Shown here in pieces: positions 1-9,036 of a stretch of DNA of 64,000 bases; the first letter of the stretch is position 1; every line of letters begins with the position of its first letter. The notes below the pieces were generated by a model, which ran no database searches, was not told the DNA's origin, and saw only the letters and a program-made list of their open reading frames with translations. The position numbers and the translations under genes were made by a program. Where the stretch lies: assembly GCA_049968235.1 (NCBI GenBank), contig JBMFRC010000001.1, forward strand, positions 357,443 to 421,442, in the 5' to 3' direction. The stretch comes from Candidatus Hydrogenedens sp. (GTDB taxonomy: Bacteria; Hydrogenedentota; Hydrogenedentia; Hydrogenedentales; Hydrogenedentaceae).

Positions 1-1193
1 ATGCTCTTATCTGGACCTCTGTAATGTTATTGTCTCTGATGATAATGCTCTGGACAACAGCGGATGACCTTGTCTATACCATTTTAGGATATAAACCTAT
101 ATATACAGTTTGGGTTATGGCGGGTGTTACAGGTTTCTATACCTTTGCAGGAGGATTATCCGCCGTGGTAATGACCGATGTAGTTCAGTTAATAGTAATG
201 TATGTTGGGGGGTTAGGTTTGCTGGCATTAAGTTTATGGGAAGTCGGTGGATGGAGTGTTATGAGAGCCAAAATAGAGGCACTCGGTCCGGAATATGCAA
301 ATCATTTTACAATTCTTCTGCCAAACAGCATAGAAAATCCATTCCCATGGACAGGAATTGTCTTCGGTCTGGGTATTGTTCTTGCCATCGCTTATATGAG
401 TGGAAATCAGGCAATTGTTCACAGAACATTGGGCGCCCGTTCTGAATGGGATGCCAAAGCAGGGATGCTCATGGGAGGTTTTTTGAAGTCTTTTATTCCA
501 TTAATGGTAGCTCTGCCCGGACTCTGCGCTATTGTTTATCTGCATGAAAGAAACATTATATTGCATGAACAGGATAAAGTTATTCCCACTATGATACGGA
601 TGATGCTACCACCAGGATTACGAGGACTTATGTTTGCAGCTCTTTTTGCTGCATTAATGTCCAGTATCTCCGGCACTCTTAGTTCTGCTTCCACCATATT
701 TGTTACAGATATTTTCAATAAGCTCTGGACATTAGGAAGAAAAAAATCATTAGACGAAAAACAGGCTTTATATGTGGGACGAGGTTTTACCTTGTTTCTT
801 ATCATAAGTAGTGCCATCTTTGCGGAACAAATATCACGAGTTGGTGGAATTTATAATTTTATCCAAACTATTTTGTCTCTATTTCAAGGTCCCTCTCTGG
901 CTATTCTATTGCTTGGAATTATGTGGAAACGAGCCACCGGTTGGGGAGGTCTGGTAGGCTTAATATCCGGCGTCTTTTTCTGTTTTATTTTATGGTGTGT
1001 TCCCAACCTATTCCCTGCAGAAGACCCATTCTTATTTGTTTCCATGTGGTCTTTTGTCTTCTCAATCATTGTTACTGTAATAGTTAGTCTTCTAACCCCG
1101 CCCGAACCCGAAGAAAAGATTCGGGGTTTGGTCTGGGGGTCTGTTGTTCAGGATATAAAAGCACAAAAAGCCTTAGCGGAAAGGATTCAATAA
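1..1193 (+). CDS. sodium:solute symporter (SSS) family transporter, 5'-partial (reading frame open to window start)
   Basis: ORF 24..1193 is open in frame back to base 3. The product is a polytopic membrane protein with an SSS-like core (YTFAGGLSAVVMTDVVQLIVMYVGG) and many TM helices. Confidence 0.7.
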   Translation, partial: ALIWTSVMLLSLMIMLWTTADDLVYTILGYKPIYTVWVMAGVTGFYTFAGGLSAVVMTDVVQLIVMYVGGLGLLALSLWEVGGWSVMRAKIEALGPEYANHFTILLPNSIENPFPWTGIVFGLGIVLAIAYMSGNQAIVHRTLGARSEWDAKAGMLMGGFLKSFIPLMVALPGLCAIVYLHERNIILHEQDKVIPTMIRMMLPPGLRGLMFAALFAALMSSISGTLSSASTIFVTDIFNKLWTLGRKKSLDEKQALYVGRGFTLFLIISSAIFAEQISRVGGIYNFIQTILSLFQGPSLAILLLGIMWKRATGWGGLVGLISGVFFCFILWCVPNLFPAEDPFLFVSMWSFVFSIIVTVIVSLLTPPEPEEKIRGLVWGSVVQDIKAQKALAERIQ

Positions 1194-1636
1194 TGAATAT
1201 CTATACAAAAACTATTTTTTCTATACTCTTTGTTCCCATAATTTGCACTATGTTTTCCATTAGCGCATTTACACAAACAAATGAAACTGCCTCTAAAGAT
1301 GTGGATATTCCCAAAGCAGAGGTTTCTTACATATTTCATCTTGCAGATAAAGTAGTGGACAGTTGGTTAGCGTTCCTAGACGGATTGGGCAGGACATTTG
1401 ACCCTATCATAAGACCTATTTTCAGACCTATTACAACATTCTTAGAACGCACTTATCAGCCCTGGGCTAAAATATGTGCTCTGGGATTATTTGTTGGCAC
1501 TATGCTCTGGGTATGGCTCGGAATGCCTAAAGAATATGTTAACCTGGGTAGAAAAAAGAAAACTGTGTGGACAGATCTAAGATTGTGGACAATCATTTCC
1601 ATGCTTCCTCATATTATTGTATATCTATACTTCTAA
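1193..1636 (+). CDS. hypothetical small membrane protein (N-terminal signal/TM plus C-terminal TM)
   Basis: 147-aa ORF. Its ATG overlaps the TAA of the symporter (TAATG), consistent with translational coupling. Hydrophobic N- and C-termini. Confidence 0.4.
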   Translation: MNIYTKTIFSILFVPIICTMFSISAFTQTNETASKDVDIPKAEVSYIFHLADKVVDSWLAFLDGLGRTFDPIIRPIFRPITTFLERTYQPWAKICALGLFVGTMLWVWLGMPKEYVNLGRKKKTVWTDLRLWTIISMLPHIIVYLYF

Positions 1637-1652
1637 CTTAGGAGATTTTCAT

Positions 1653-1946
1653 ATGGCAAACGAAGAAAAGAACATAAATACTCAGGACCGCGGCGAAATG
1701 CACCGCATTGATAATGAACGAAATCAAGGAGTGCAATTAGAACATAGAGATGCAGAATTATATATTGTGATGGGGATTTTTGTAGTGGCTTTAGGTTTGC
1801 CTGTTATTTTAGGGACTTATTTCTCCATGCAAGCAAGTAATTACCGACCCGCAGTTGTGAATTTTATTTGCGGTGTTGTAATGACGGGTATTGGAATAGC
1901 ATCAATCCTTTACGGCTGGGCTATGAAGAAAAGACTCTTGTCGTGA
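1653..1946 (+). CDS. hypothetical small membrane protein (2 predicted TM helices)
   Basis: ATG at 1653 is preceded by a GGAGA-like RBS. The longer ORF from 1617 lacks an RBS. Two hydrophobic helices. Confidence 0.4.
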   Translation: MANEEKNINTQDRGEMHRIDNERNQGVQLEHRDAELYIVMGIFVVALGLPVILGTYFSMQASNYRPAVVNFICGVVMTGIGIASILYGWAMKKRLLS

Positions 1947-2569
1947 ACAACACAGTTCCTTCAGGATATATACCGCTTCGTTATACACAAAAAGAAGTTC
2001 CTTTACGACTGCCTGTCCCGCGATTTTATCGCTATCGAACACAGATTAGTAAATTATTTCTATCATTCTCAGGCAAAGTAGTCCCTCTACCCATACAAGA
2101 ATTACCTAAGTATGAGTTAGTCGCCTGGCCTCTGTATATAGTCCGATTCTTTTTACAGTCTGGTACAGAGAAAACACAAGAAATATTTATCGCTGTAGAT
2201 GCCTGGACAAGAACAATTGCACGATTTGAGCGTATAAAAGAGATACAAGACACTCCTACCGCAGATTTTCAATTATGGATTAAACCTTCTATATCATTAG
2301 ACGAAGTAAAATCTATCGCCCGGTACGGACTCATGCATCAGTTGCTACGCCAGCGAAGATTACAACCTGCCCCTGAAACGGTTATACCCGAAATTATATT
2401 TTTAGTTTATACGCCTATATGGGCATGTTATTTTGCACGAACTCTACACTCCTTAGATGTTCGACTTCTCGATGGTTATTCCGGTGAAAAAATAGGTTCC
2501 CAAACCCGAAGTGCCTTCTTAAATGCTCTGATACATCATCACTCTGAAAAATCAGGAACTTCTTATTGA
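1868..2569 (+). CDS. hypothetical protein (alternative GTG start at 1943 overlapping upstream stop as GTGA)
   Basis: 233-aa ORF with no recognisable motif. The start is uncertain. Confidence 0.35.
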   Translation: MRCCNDGYWNSINPLRLGYEEKTLVVNNTVPSGYIPLRYTQKEVPLRLPVPRFYRYRTQISKLFLSFSGKVVPLPIQELPKYELVAWPLYIVRFFLQSGTEKTQEIFIAVDAWTRTIARFERIKEIQDTPTADFQLWIKPSISLDEVKSIARYGLMHQLLRQRRLQPAPETVIPEIIFLVYTPIWACYFARTLHSLDVRLLDGYSGEKIGSQTRSAFLNALIHHHSEKSGTSY

Positions 2570-2727
2570 AAACAACTATATACTTTGTATATACCTATTA
2601 AAAACTTTCACCTCGAACAATCGGAAATTATTTTAATATAAATTAGTGGAAACTTTTTATATTTGTGCTAAAGTTAATATAACACCTAAAAAGTTTGCAG
2701 TAAATTTCCCCAGATAATGCAAATATT

Positions 2728-3539
2728 CTACATGGCCAGCAAGATATAAAACATTTCCTCCTCCCGGAAATGATTAAAATGAGCCGAATTCCCAAAAGCA
2801 CCAAACTCATCCCACATTACAGGAAGTTCACTTGCAGATAATGATAATCTCGAAGGATTATTAATATCTGTAATTAAAAATCGCTCAACACATTTTCTTA
2901 ATCTCGGAACAGGACTTAAATCACCTAATTTCACGGCAAACCTATCTTTTATAGGAAGGGAATCGTCATACATCTTTACTACCTACTGTAACATTCCTAT
3001 CCTCTCGGGCTTAAAATACTGAATAGCCTGAATCATAACCGCGCAAGGGTCTACTCCGAGAGGAAGTTACTTGTGTTTGATGGAAGAGGCACACCTGGTT
3101 TAATTAGCATATCAGGGTGTGGAGCCCATCCAAAATAATTGTAACTGCCTTTATCAAATTGGCAGGGTAATATAGGTTTATTGAAATCATAATCTACATG
3201 AAATCTCGTACGAACAGATTCTGCATCAGAATCAGAAAGGAATACACAGATATTAAAATCCGGCATATATTCTGGATACAATAGGGTAGGTTCAAAAATT
3301 GCATCGAAAACGAAATTGCCATGACAATCTAATAATTTTATGGGAGGATAATACTCTCCCTTTGCTTCATTCGCATACATTTCAAATATTACACCCATTT
3401 GTTTTAAATTATTCTGACATGACGAATGTCTTACCGTCTCTCTTGCTCTTGCTTATGCAGGCGATAATATTGTAGCAAGATTCCCTATAATCGCAATGAC
3501 AACTAATAATTCAATCAGCGTAAATCCTTTCTTTTTCAT
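2728..3539 (-). pseudogene. prepilin-type N-terminal cleavage/methylation domain protein (DUF1559, H-X9-DG family), disrupted
   Basis: Minus-strand ATG at 3539 gives MKKKGFTLIELLVVIAIIGNLATILSPA, a type IV pilin-like methylation motif. An in-frame TAA (3453..3455) sits where the conserved Leu of LLPAL-AKAREAARR is expected. The frame then continues ARARETVRHSSCQNNLKQMG... into ORF 3051..3398. A further C-terminal piece (FGNSAHFNHF, resembling FGSxHPGG) lies in another frame in ORF 2728..2973. Confidence 0.6.
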
Positions 3540-4146
3540 TTTTAATCTCCTTTCCAAATAAGGTTAAAATTTTATTTTTATCGATATGAGTTCTTTATAT
3601 CACATGATATAACATAATAAATATTAATAACCAATAATGATTATTATAATAAATATATTATATTATAACATGTTATTCAATGTTAATTTAATATATAATT
3701 TAAGTTATTATACAATAGTAGAAATTATAATAGAATATCAATATTTGTTATACTCATTATTAATATTTACTATTATATCTCTATTTTACTAAAACGTTCT
3801 AACTATGCTATCGATTTATAGGAGTAATACAAGAATTACTCTTGAGACCTCTGAATAAAAAAATACGATAAATAGTATATGAAAAATTATATATAGGAAG
3901 GGTAAAAGGGAAAAGTAAATATGTGGTATGATGAAAGAGGCAAAGCAGGTAAGTTTTTTATATTATGCAGTGTCAAAACAAAGACTGACATGATGAGAGA
4001 AATGATTGAGAGTAATGCAAGAGATAACCCTGTGGGAGAAATTGGAATGCAGATGAGTAGAGGGGAGAGTATAAGTCAAACCGGGGAGAGCGGAGGAGTT
4101 CGTCTTTACTATTTTATGCATTTTTGAATACTGAGTGATGATTTTT

Positions 4147-4193
4147 CTGTGTTCTCTGTGGTTGATTACATTTTTTCACCACGGAGGACACAG
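4147..4193 (+). other. stable 15-bp stem-loop (ctgtgttctctgtgg / ccacggaggacacag, 17-nt loop)
   Basis: Inverted repeat read directly from the sequence. On the + strand the two mismatches are G-U wobbles. No U-tract follows on either strand. Confidence 0.3.
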
Positions 4194-4571
4194 AGGAGCA
4201 TAGATAAAGGAGCATATCATTTCTTGCTAATGACTGCATATAATTTAAAACGGATGTATGGAAAATTAAGGAAACAAAAGGAGAGATATGCATAGATAAC
4301 AAAAAGATAGAAAAACGGACAGAAAACAACAAATAAAATGGGTAAAAGTAAAAATATAGACTCTTGCATTTTAATTCCTCATCGGGGTTTTATCTCGTAA
4401 AAACATGTATAATTTATACTCTAACCTCTTACACAAATTGTTCAGAGGTCTCATTGAATAATAAGACTCTATGTAATTCAGATAGAAAAGCCCGTGTCTA
4501 TTTTAATGAATTTTCCATTCGTCCTGTTTGCCTAATTGGGTCGCTCGGTCTTACTTGCTTTTATTGAAGAC

Positions 4572-6914
4572 TTATTGGGGAATAAGTGAAGAAAAGTCAA
4601 CATTTGCTGATATATCTGGCTGGCGACGGATATTTAAAGGAAGCATTATAAAAACATAATCCCCTTCTATCCTATGTTTTATTCCTTTTTGTAAATACAT
4701 ATCTACCCCGCCATCATCTTTTCTATCCATGCCTATGCTATATATTTTAAATGCAAAGTCATCTCCTTTTATATATGTAATTGGTTCGCCATTTTTCCAT
4801 GGGTCCTCAGGAATTTTAGAAATATAATCGGGAACAAGTTCTTTTAGATTATCAGGAAGCCGATTATTTTTCAAACGAAATCGTTCAATGGCTATAGCGG
4901 TTTGAACAAGATTTATAAGAACATAGTGCCGTAATTCGGAATCAAAACAGCGGTCCAATGACGGGTATATTATGTTGAGGTTTATATAAAGCCAGTGTGG
5001 GGGAATAGATGTGAAGAGTGAATTTATTTCTCTCTTTTTCAGAAGATGAGTCTTATAGTCATCGAACGAACATTTTTCTTGTATGCAAATGTTTTCTTTT
5101 TGTGCTACATTGGTAGCCGTTTTTCTTAGTGCGGTATATAGATTCATTGCCACCATTCTTTCTATATCTGTAAGATAAAAAACATCAAAGATAGGAACCC
5201 ATGATTTAATTATATTTCTCAATTGATAATATTGAAGGTACTTATATTTTTGTATCCAGGAACTATATTCAATTAAGAATCCTTCTCTTTGAACCATAGG
5301 TAAAACAGACAGAAACATCAGTAATTCTGTATGTAAACTCAAATTAAATAAGGACCTTTCTTCAGGAGGTACCGAAAAATTCTGAACAATATTACTTAAT
5401 TCTAAAAGTACTTCTTCGGATAGTTCTTGATGATTAATAATCCATTCTAAATTATCATAGAATTTCCTAAACATGGCAATATATACAAGTTGTGAAATAT
5501 ATACAGGTTCATCTTTTAGAGATTTAGAAACAGAGGCACAGGTTCGCAATGCCCGCAACATATTTCCATAATCACCATCTATGGCACTTAAAATAGCCTC
5601 CAACCCTAATTTCCTCTCAAAATCTCGCAATTCGGAAAGATGTCCCAATTCCACAGAATAACCCTTAGTTAAATCAATTGAATAGTACCCTTTTGTTAGA
5701 CCACTTTCAGCAGTTTCATGGAGTTTTTGGGTTAATTTTTTATATACCTTCTCGTAAACTTCTTTATATAACCAGTAGAGATTTTCCGATAGGGGCTTAT
5801 CATATCTTATTATATCGCCATAAAAACGGTTCAATATTATCTTTAGATATTCTTTTTCTTCCTGTGTTTTAAATTTTTCATCAATCTCCTTTTGATACAA
5901 TTTTTCAAAATCCATTTCCTTCAAAATGACATCTCGACAAAGAGGAAATAAATCGTAATATTTCCGGGCAATGTTCTCCTTTTGCGGAACGGAACTATAT
6001 TTTTCATTCATTTCTTTTAAGGTTGCAGGGAGAGAATTTCCTCTAAAATAAGCAATACATTTTTCAATAGTTCCTGTTTGTAAATGGGAAATAAGCGTTA
6101 AGATTGCAAAACAAAGGGGCAGTAAATATCCAACACATAAGAATGAAACCCGTTCCTCTATATACGGAGAATTCCCAGAATTTTCCAATAAATCTTTCTC
6201 TGGTGTTTTCCAATAATAACCATGTGCAAATAACAGAAGATTGAGCCATGTTATAGCAAAGATTGCAGATAAGAACAGATATGTACCTCCAAGTATGGAT
6301 GTATTAAGAATACCCAAATATTGCCATGGCACTATGCAGACAAAAATACTAAGGAAAATAATTAGCAGGAAAATCCTTTCTTTTTTCCCTAACAAACGGG
6401 CTCGGATTGTAATGAATAAATAAACAAAAAACATGATAAGATAGTAAAAATAAACTGCATGAAAAACGATATAGATAAGGGAAAGAGAAAATTTCCTACA
6501 TGAAGGGAAAATAATAAATAACAAATTCTTAACAAAAGAAATAAGCCACGAAACCCCTTGCCCTATTCCAAAAAGATGATATAGGGTCATAAACCATTCT
6601 TTATTTGAGTATATATAAAAGGAGGACAATGAATAAAAAGATATAAGCAGACACAGGACAAGAAACGAAAAGATAAGAATACTTGATGGGTTAAACATGA
6701 TTAACCAGACAATTATCCCATAAGTAATGACAATCCCGGTAATAAATATCATAAGGGGCATTAAGAAAGAATTTATATCAGGGAAAGGAATCTGCAAACT
6801 TGCCAGAGCGGGGTCTGGTACAATATGCATCTTAAACTTCCAATAAAAATAGATAAACTCTATATCCAGATAACAGGCAATGTTATGAAAAGATTTATGT
6901 TCCCTGCTAACCAA
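4572..6914 (-). CDS. large polytopic membrane protein with C-terminal soluble helical domain, function unknown
   Basis: 780-aa ORF. The N-terminal ~300 aa are very hydrophobic (about 8-10 TM). No conserved catalytic motif recognised. Last gene of the GntR-ABC operon. Confidence 0.55.
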   Translation of the reverse strand: MVSREHKSFHNIACYLDIEFIYFYWKFKMHIVPDPALASLQIPFPDINSFLMPLMIFITGIVITYGIIVWLIMFNPSSILIFSFLVLCLLISFYSLSSFYIYSNKEWFMTLYHLFGIGQGVSWLISFVKNLLFIIFPSCRKFSLSLIYIVFHAVYFYYLIMFFVYLFITIRARLLGKKERIFLLIIFLSIFVCIVPWQYLGILNTSILGGTYLFLSAIFAITWLNLLLFAHGYYWKTPEKDLLENSGNSPYIEERVSFLCVGYLLPLCFAILTLISHLQTGTIEKCIAYFRGNSLPATLKEMNEKYSSVPQKENIARKYYDLFPLCRDVILKEMDFEKLYQKEIDEKFKTQEEKEYLKIILNRFYGDIIRYDKPLSENLYWLYKEVYEKVYKKLTQKLHETAESGLTKGYYSIDLTKGYSVELGHLSELRDFERKLGLEAILSAIDGDYGNMLRALRTCASVSKSLKDEPVYISQLVYIAMFRKFYDNLEWIINHQELSEEVLLELSNIVQNFSVPPEERSLFNLSLHTELLMFLSVLPMVQREGFLIEYSSWIQKYKYLQYYQLRNIIKSWVPIFDVFYLTDIERMVAMNLYTALRKTATNVAQKENICIQEKCSFDDYKTHLLKKREINSLFTSIPPHWLYINLNIIYPSLDRCFDSELRHYVLINLVQTAIAIERFRLKNNRLPDNLKELVPDYISKIPEDPWKNGEPITYIKGDDFAFKIYSIGMDRKDDGGVDMYLQKGIKHRIEGDYVFIMLPLNIRRQPDISANVDFSSLIPQ

Positions 6915-7657
6915 TAGGTATAAATTCGTTCTTTTCGATTCATAGGGATATGGGACAACAAATAAACACCTGATTTATAATCTCTTCTCATCCGTCGGCT
7001 TACTTTCAAATGCCAGACAAGCCCTGATAACACTAAAGCAATCAGTGGGAAAAATACGAACAGTAAGTCCAGTAAGTAAGAATAGTCGAAGGAGACTATC
7101 CACCGCATTGCCAGCAATATAAACATAACAGAAACATAAAGAGTAAAAAGTAAAAACCAGAAAATACCCGTCCATACGGGAATAATCAGTCCATTATTTC
7201 TGAGTTCAAACCAGACCTGAGCAATTTGACTATTCGGAAAACTTTTAATAACCATATTCGGTTCTAATTTGCTTAGGACACTACGAAGACGCAAAGGAAG
7301 TAATAACTTTATATCTTTTTTTATGCCAGTCCTTACCTGTGAAGTAATTTTTACACTCAAAAACCAGATGAGGTAAGTATAAAGTATTACTAACACCAAA
7401 AATATTAAGTAAGTATATGTAGAAAAGGATATTTTATTTTCATACTCTGCACCTGTAAAAGGTAAAGAACCAAATAAAAAGGGAATTACCCTATCCATAA
7501 TAGTTGCATAGTCCAAAACTGCTAATATCACACATGAAAAAATAGAAAGAAATATAATTATTCCTACCAAAAATGGTGAAAAGACAAAAAACCAGCATAA
7601 AAATTGAATAGTGAGATACACAATCCCATGTATAACAGCAGGGAAAATTAAAGGCAC
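6860..7657 (-). CDS. hypothetical integral membrane protein (putative ABC-2-type permease component)
   Basis: 265-aa ORF beginning with GTG, multi-TM. Overlaps the upstream ORF by 10 nt and the downstream ORF by 55 nt. Confidence 0.45.
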   Translation of the reverse strand: MPLIFPAVIHGIVYLTIQFLCWFFVFSPFLVGIIIFLSIFSCVILAVLDYATIMDRVIPFLFGSLPFTGAEYENKISFSTYTYLIFLVLVILYTYLIWFLSVKITSQVRTGIKKDIKLLLPLRLRSVLSKLEPNMVIKSFPNSQIAQVWFELRNNGLIIPVWTGIFWFLLFTLYVSVMFILLAMRWIVSFDYSYLLDLLFVFFPLIALVLSGLVWHLKVSRRMRRDYKSGVYLLSHIPMNRKERIYTYWLAGNINLFITLPVIWI

Positions 7658-8100
7658 ATAAAAAGGAAGTTCAAGAGGGAAAAATTTTGAAAGGCATCCA
7701 TGTATCTATGGGTAGATAATTCATAAGGTACATATTCTGATAAAATAAAAGCCACAACAAACCGTAAAAGAAAAGTAGAGAGAATAACTAAAAAGAGCCG
7801 TGTAAATAAAGATACAGTTACAATTAAAGATAAAGTTATGGGAAGATGAAATATTCTATGTGGAAAACCAATATGCATTTCTCCGGAATTACCTATCTGA
7901 AGGAGTAAAAGAATGGATATAGCATAAACCGTAAGATACAAACTAATGTCTACATCTTTCCAGTCAACAAGAAATATGGGGACAAAAATACGAAAGGAAA
8001 TAGCAACAAATATGCACATTCCTAAAACAACACCAAAAATACTACCCCCTACATATAATTCCTCCCACAATAAGGCTTTCCGAGACGAGTTAAGTTTCAT
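7648..8100 (-). CDS. hypothetical integral membrane protein (about 4 TM)
   Basis: 150-aa hydrophobic ORF immediately downstream of the ABC ATPase. Confidence 0.45.
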   Translation of the reverse strand: MKLNSSRKALLWEELYVGGSIFGVVLGMCIFVAISFRIFVPIFLVDWKDVDISLYLTVYAISILLLLQIGNSGEMHIGFPHRIFHLPITLSLIVTVSLFTRLFLVILSTFLLRFVVAFILSEYVPYELSTHRYMDAFQNFSLLNFLFMCL

Positions 8101-8224
8101 AAAAATTACTCCTTATCTTGTTTTTTCACATAAGCAATAAAAATTTCTTCTAACGATGGAATAGCGATATTAATTATCTCTCCACCTTGTTGTTGTATTT
8201 GTTCTTTTATGTTTGTGTTATTCC

Positions 8225-9036
8225 CTACACACAAAACCTGATACCCATGGCCAGGGAATTTATTCGTTTTATACCGGGGATATTCTTCAAATTTAATTTT
8301 TTATTGTTCATCCTCACTTCTAACAAATAGTGTTGTTTTTTTATCTCTTCCAGATTTCCATTCATAACAACTCTACCATGATGAAGCATGCATACATCAT
8401 CCGATACTCGTTCTACTTCATCCAATAAATGCGAGGAAAATAACACAGTTCGTCCTTCTTCGGCTACGGAACGAACTACTGCTGATAATATATCCATCCT
8501 CGCTACCGGGTCTAAACCTGACGATGGCTCGTCCATACCAACAACTCCGGACGATGTGATAATGCTACCAGTAATCCTGTTCGTGCTAATTCGCCCAGTG
8601 ATAATGCCCGTATCTTACGTTTCGGGTCTAATTCAAACTGTTCAAATAATTGATATGAATATGTCATATCCCAATTTGGATAAAAAGCGGACATATAACG
8701 GATTAATTGTTCAATACGCATCCATCGGGGAAGGTCCCGCGTTTCTGATAAGTAACCAATACGGCTGAGTACCTCTTTTGGATACTTCACGGGATTTAGA
8801 CCAAAGACAGAAACAGAACCTATCTCTACGGTATAAGCACCTAAAATATGATGAATAAGAGTCGTTTTCCCGGCTCCATTTTCCCCTACCAAACCAAATA
8901 CCCGACCCTGCAATACTTCTATCGTTACATCATTTAGAGCACACTTTCTCCCGAAATTCTTGCATAAGTTTTCGGTCTTAATGATAATTGAGTCTTTTTT
9001 TCCTTCAGATTGTTTATTCATGGTCTTTCTCCTCAT
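8225..9036 (-). pseudogene. ABC transporter ATP-binding protein, interrupted by a 1-nt frameshift near 8533-8540
   Basis: ORF 8512..9036 carries Walker A (GENGAGKTT) and a signature-like motif (LSLGELAR), and ends ...PELLVWTSHRQV*. ORF 8225..8536 starts MDEPSSGLDP, so the Walker B stretch LLVxDEPSSGLD is split across two frames. Confidence 0.65.

Noticed and set aside
110-1069. ORFs 110..445(+), 234..422(-), 536..817(-), 884..1069(-) inside the symporter gene
   Set aside because: They are antisense or alternative-frame ORFs fully embedded in a well-supported membrane-protein CDS, with low-complexity products.
3453-3455. In-frame TAA in the DUF1559 gene as evidence for stop-codon reassignment
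   Set aside because: All other long ORFs (up to 1052 aa) are uninterrupted under the standard code. TAA terminates many well-supported genes here (for example the symporter, infA, rpmJ). The same gene also has additional frame disruptions, so it is a pseudogene or a sequencing error.
4147-4193. The 15-bp hairpin as an intrinsic terminator
   Set aside because: No U-tract follows on either strand. It is kept only as an unexplained structured element.
7648-7705. Treating the 150-aa and 265-aa membrane ORFs as one frameshifted permease gene
   Set aside because: This is possible, but both ORFs have their own start codons and I cannot see continuity of a recognisable family motif across the junction. 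Both are reported separately.
8500-8560. Programmed ribosomal frameshift in the ABC ATPase
   Set aside because: There is no slippery heptamer or downstream structure. The break sits inside a catalytic motif, where a 1-nt indel is the simplest explanation.
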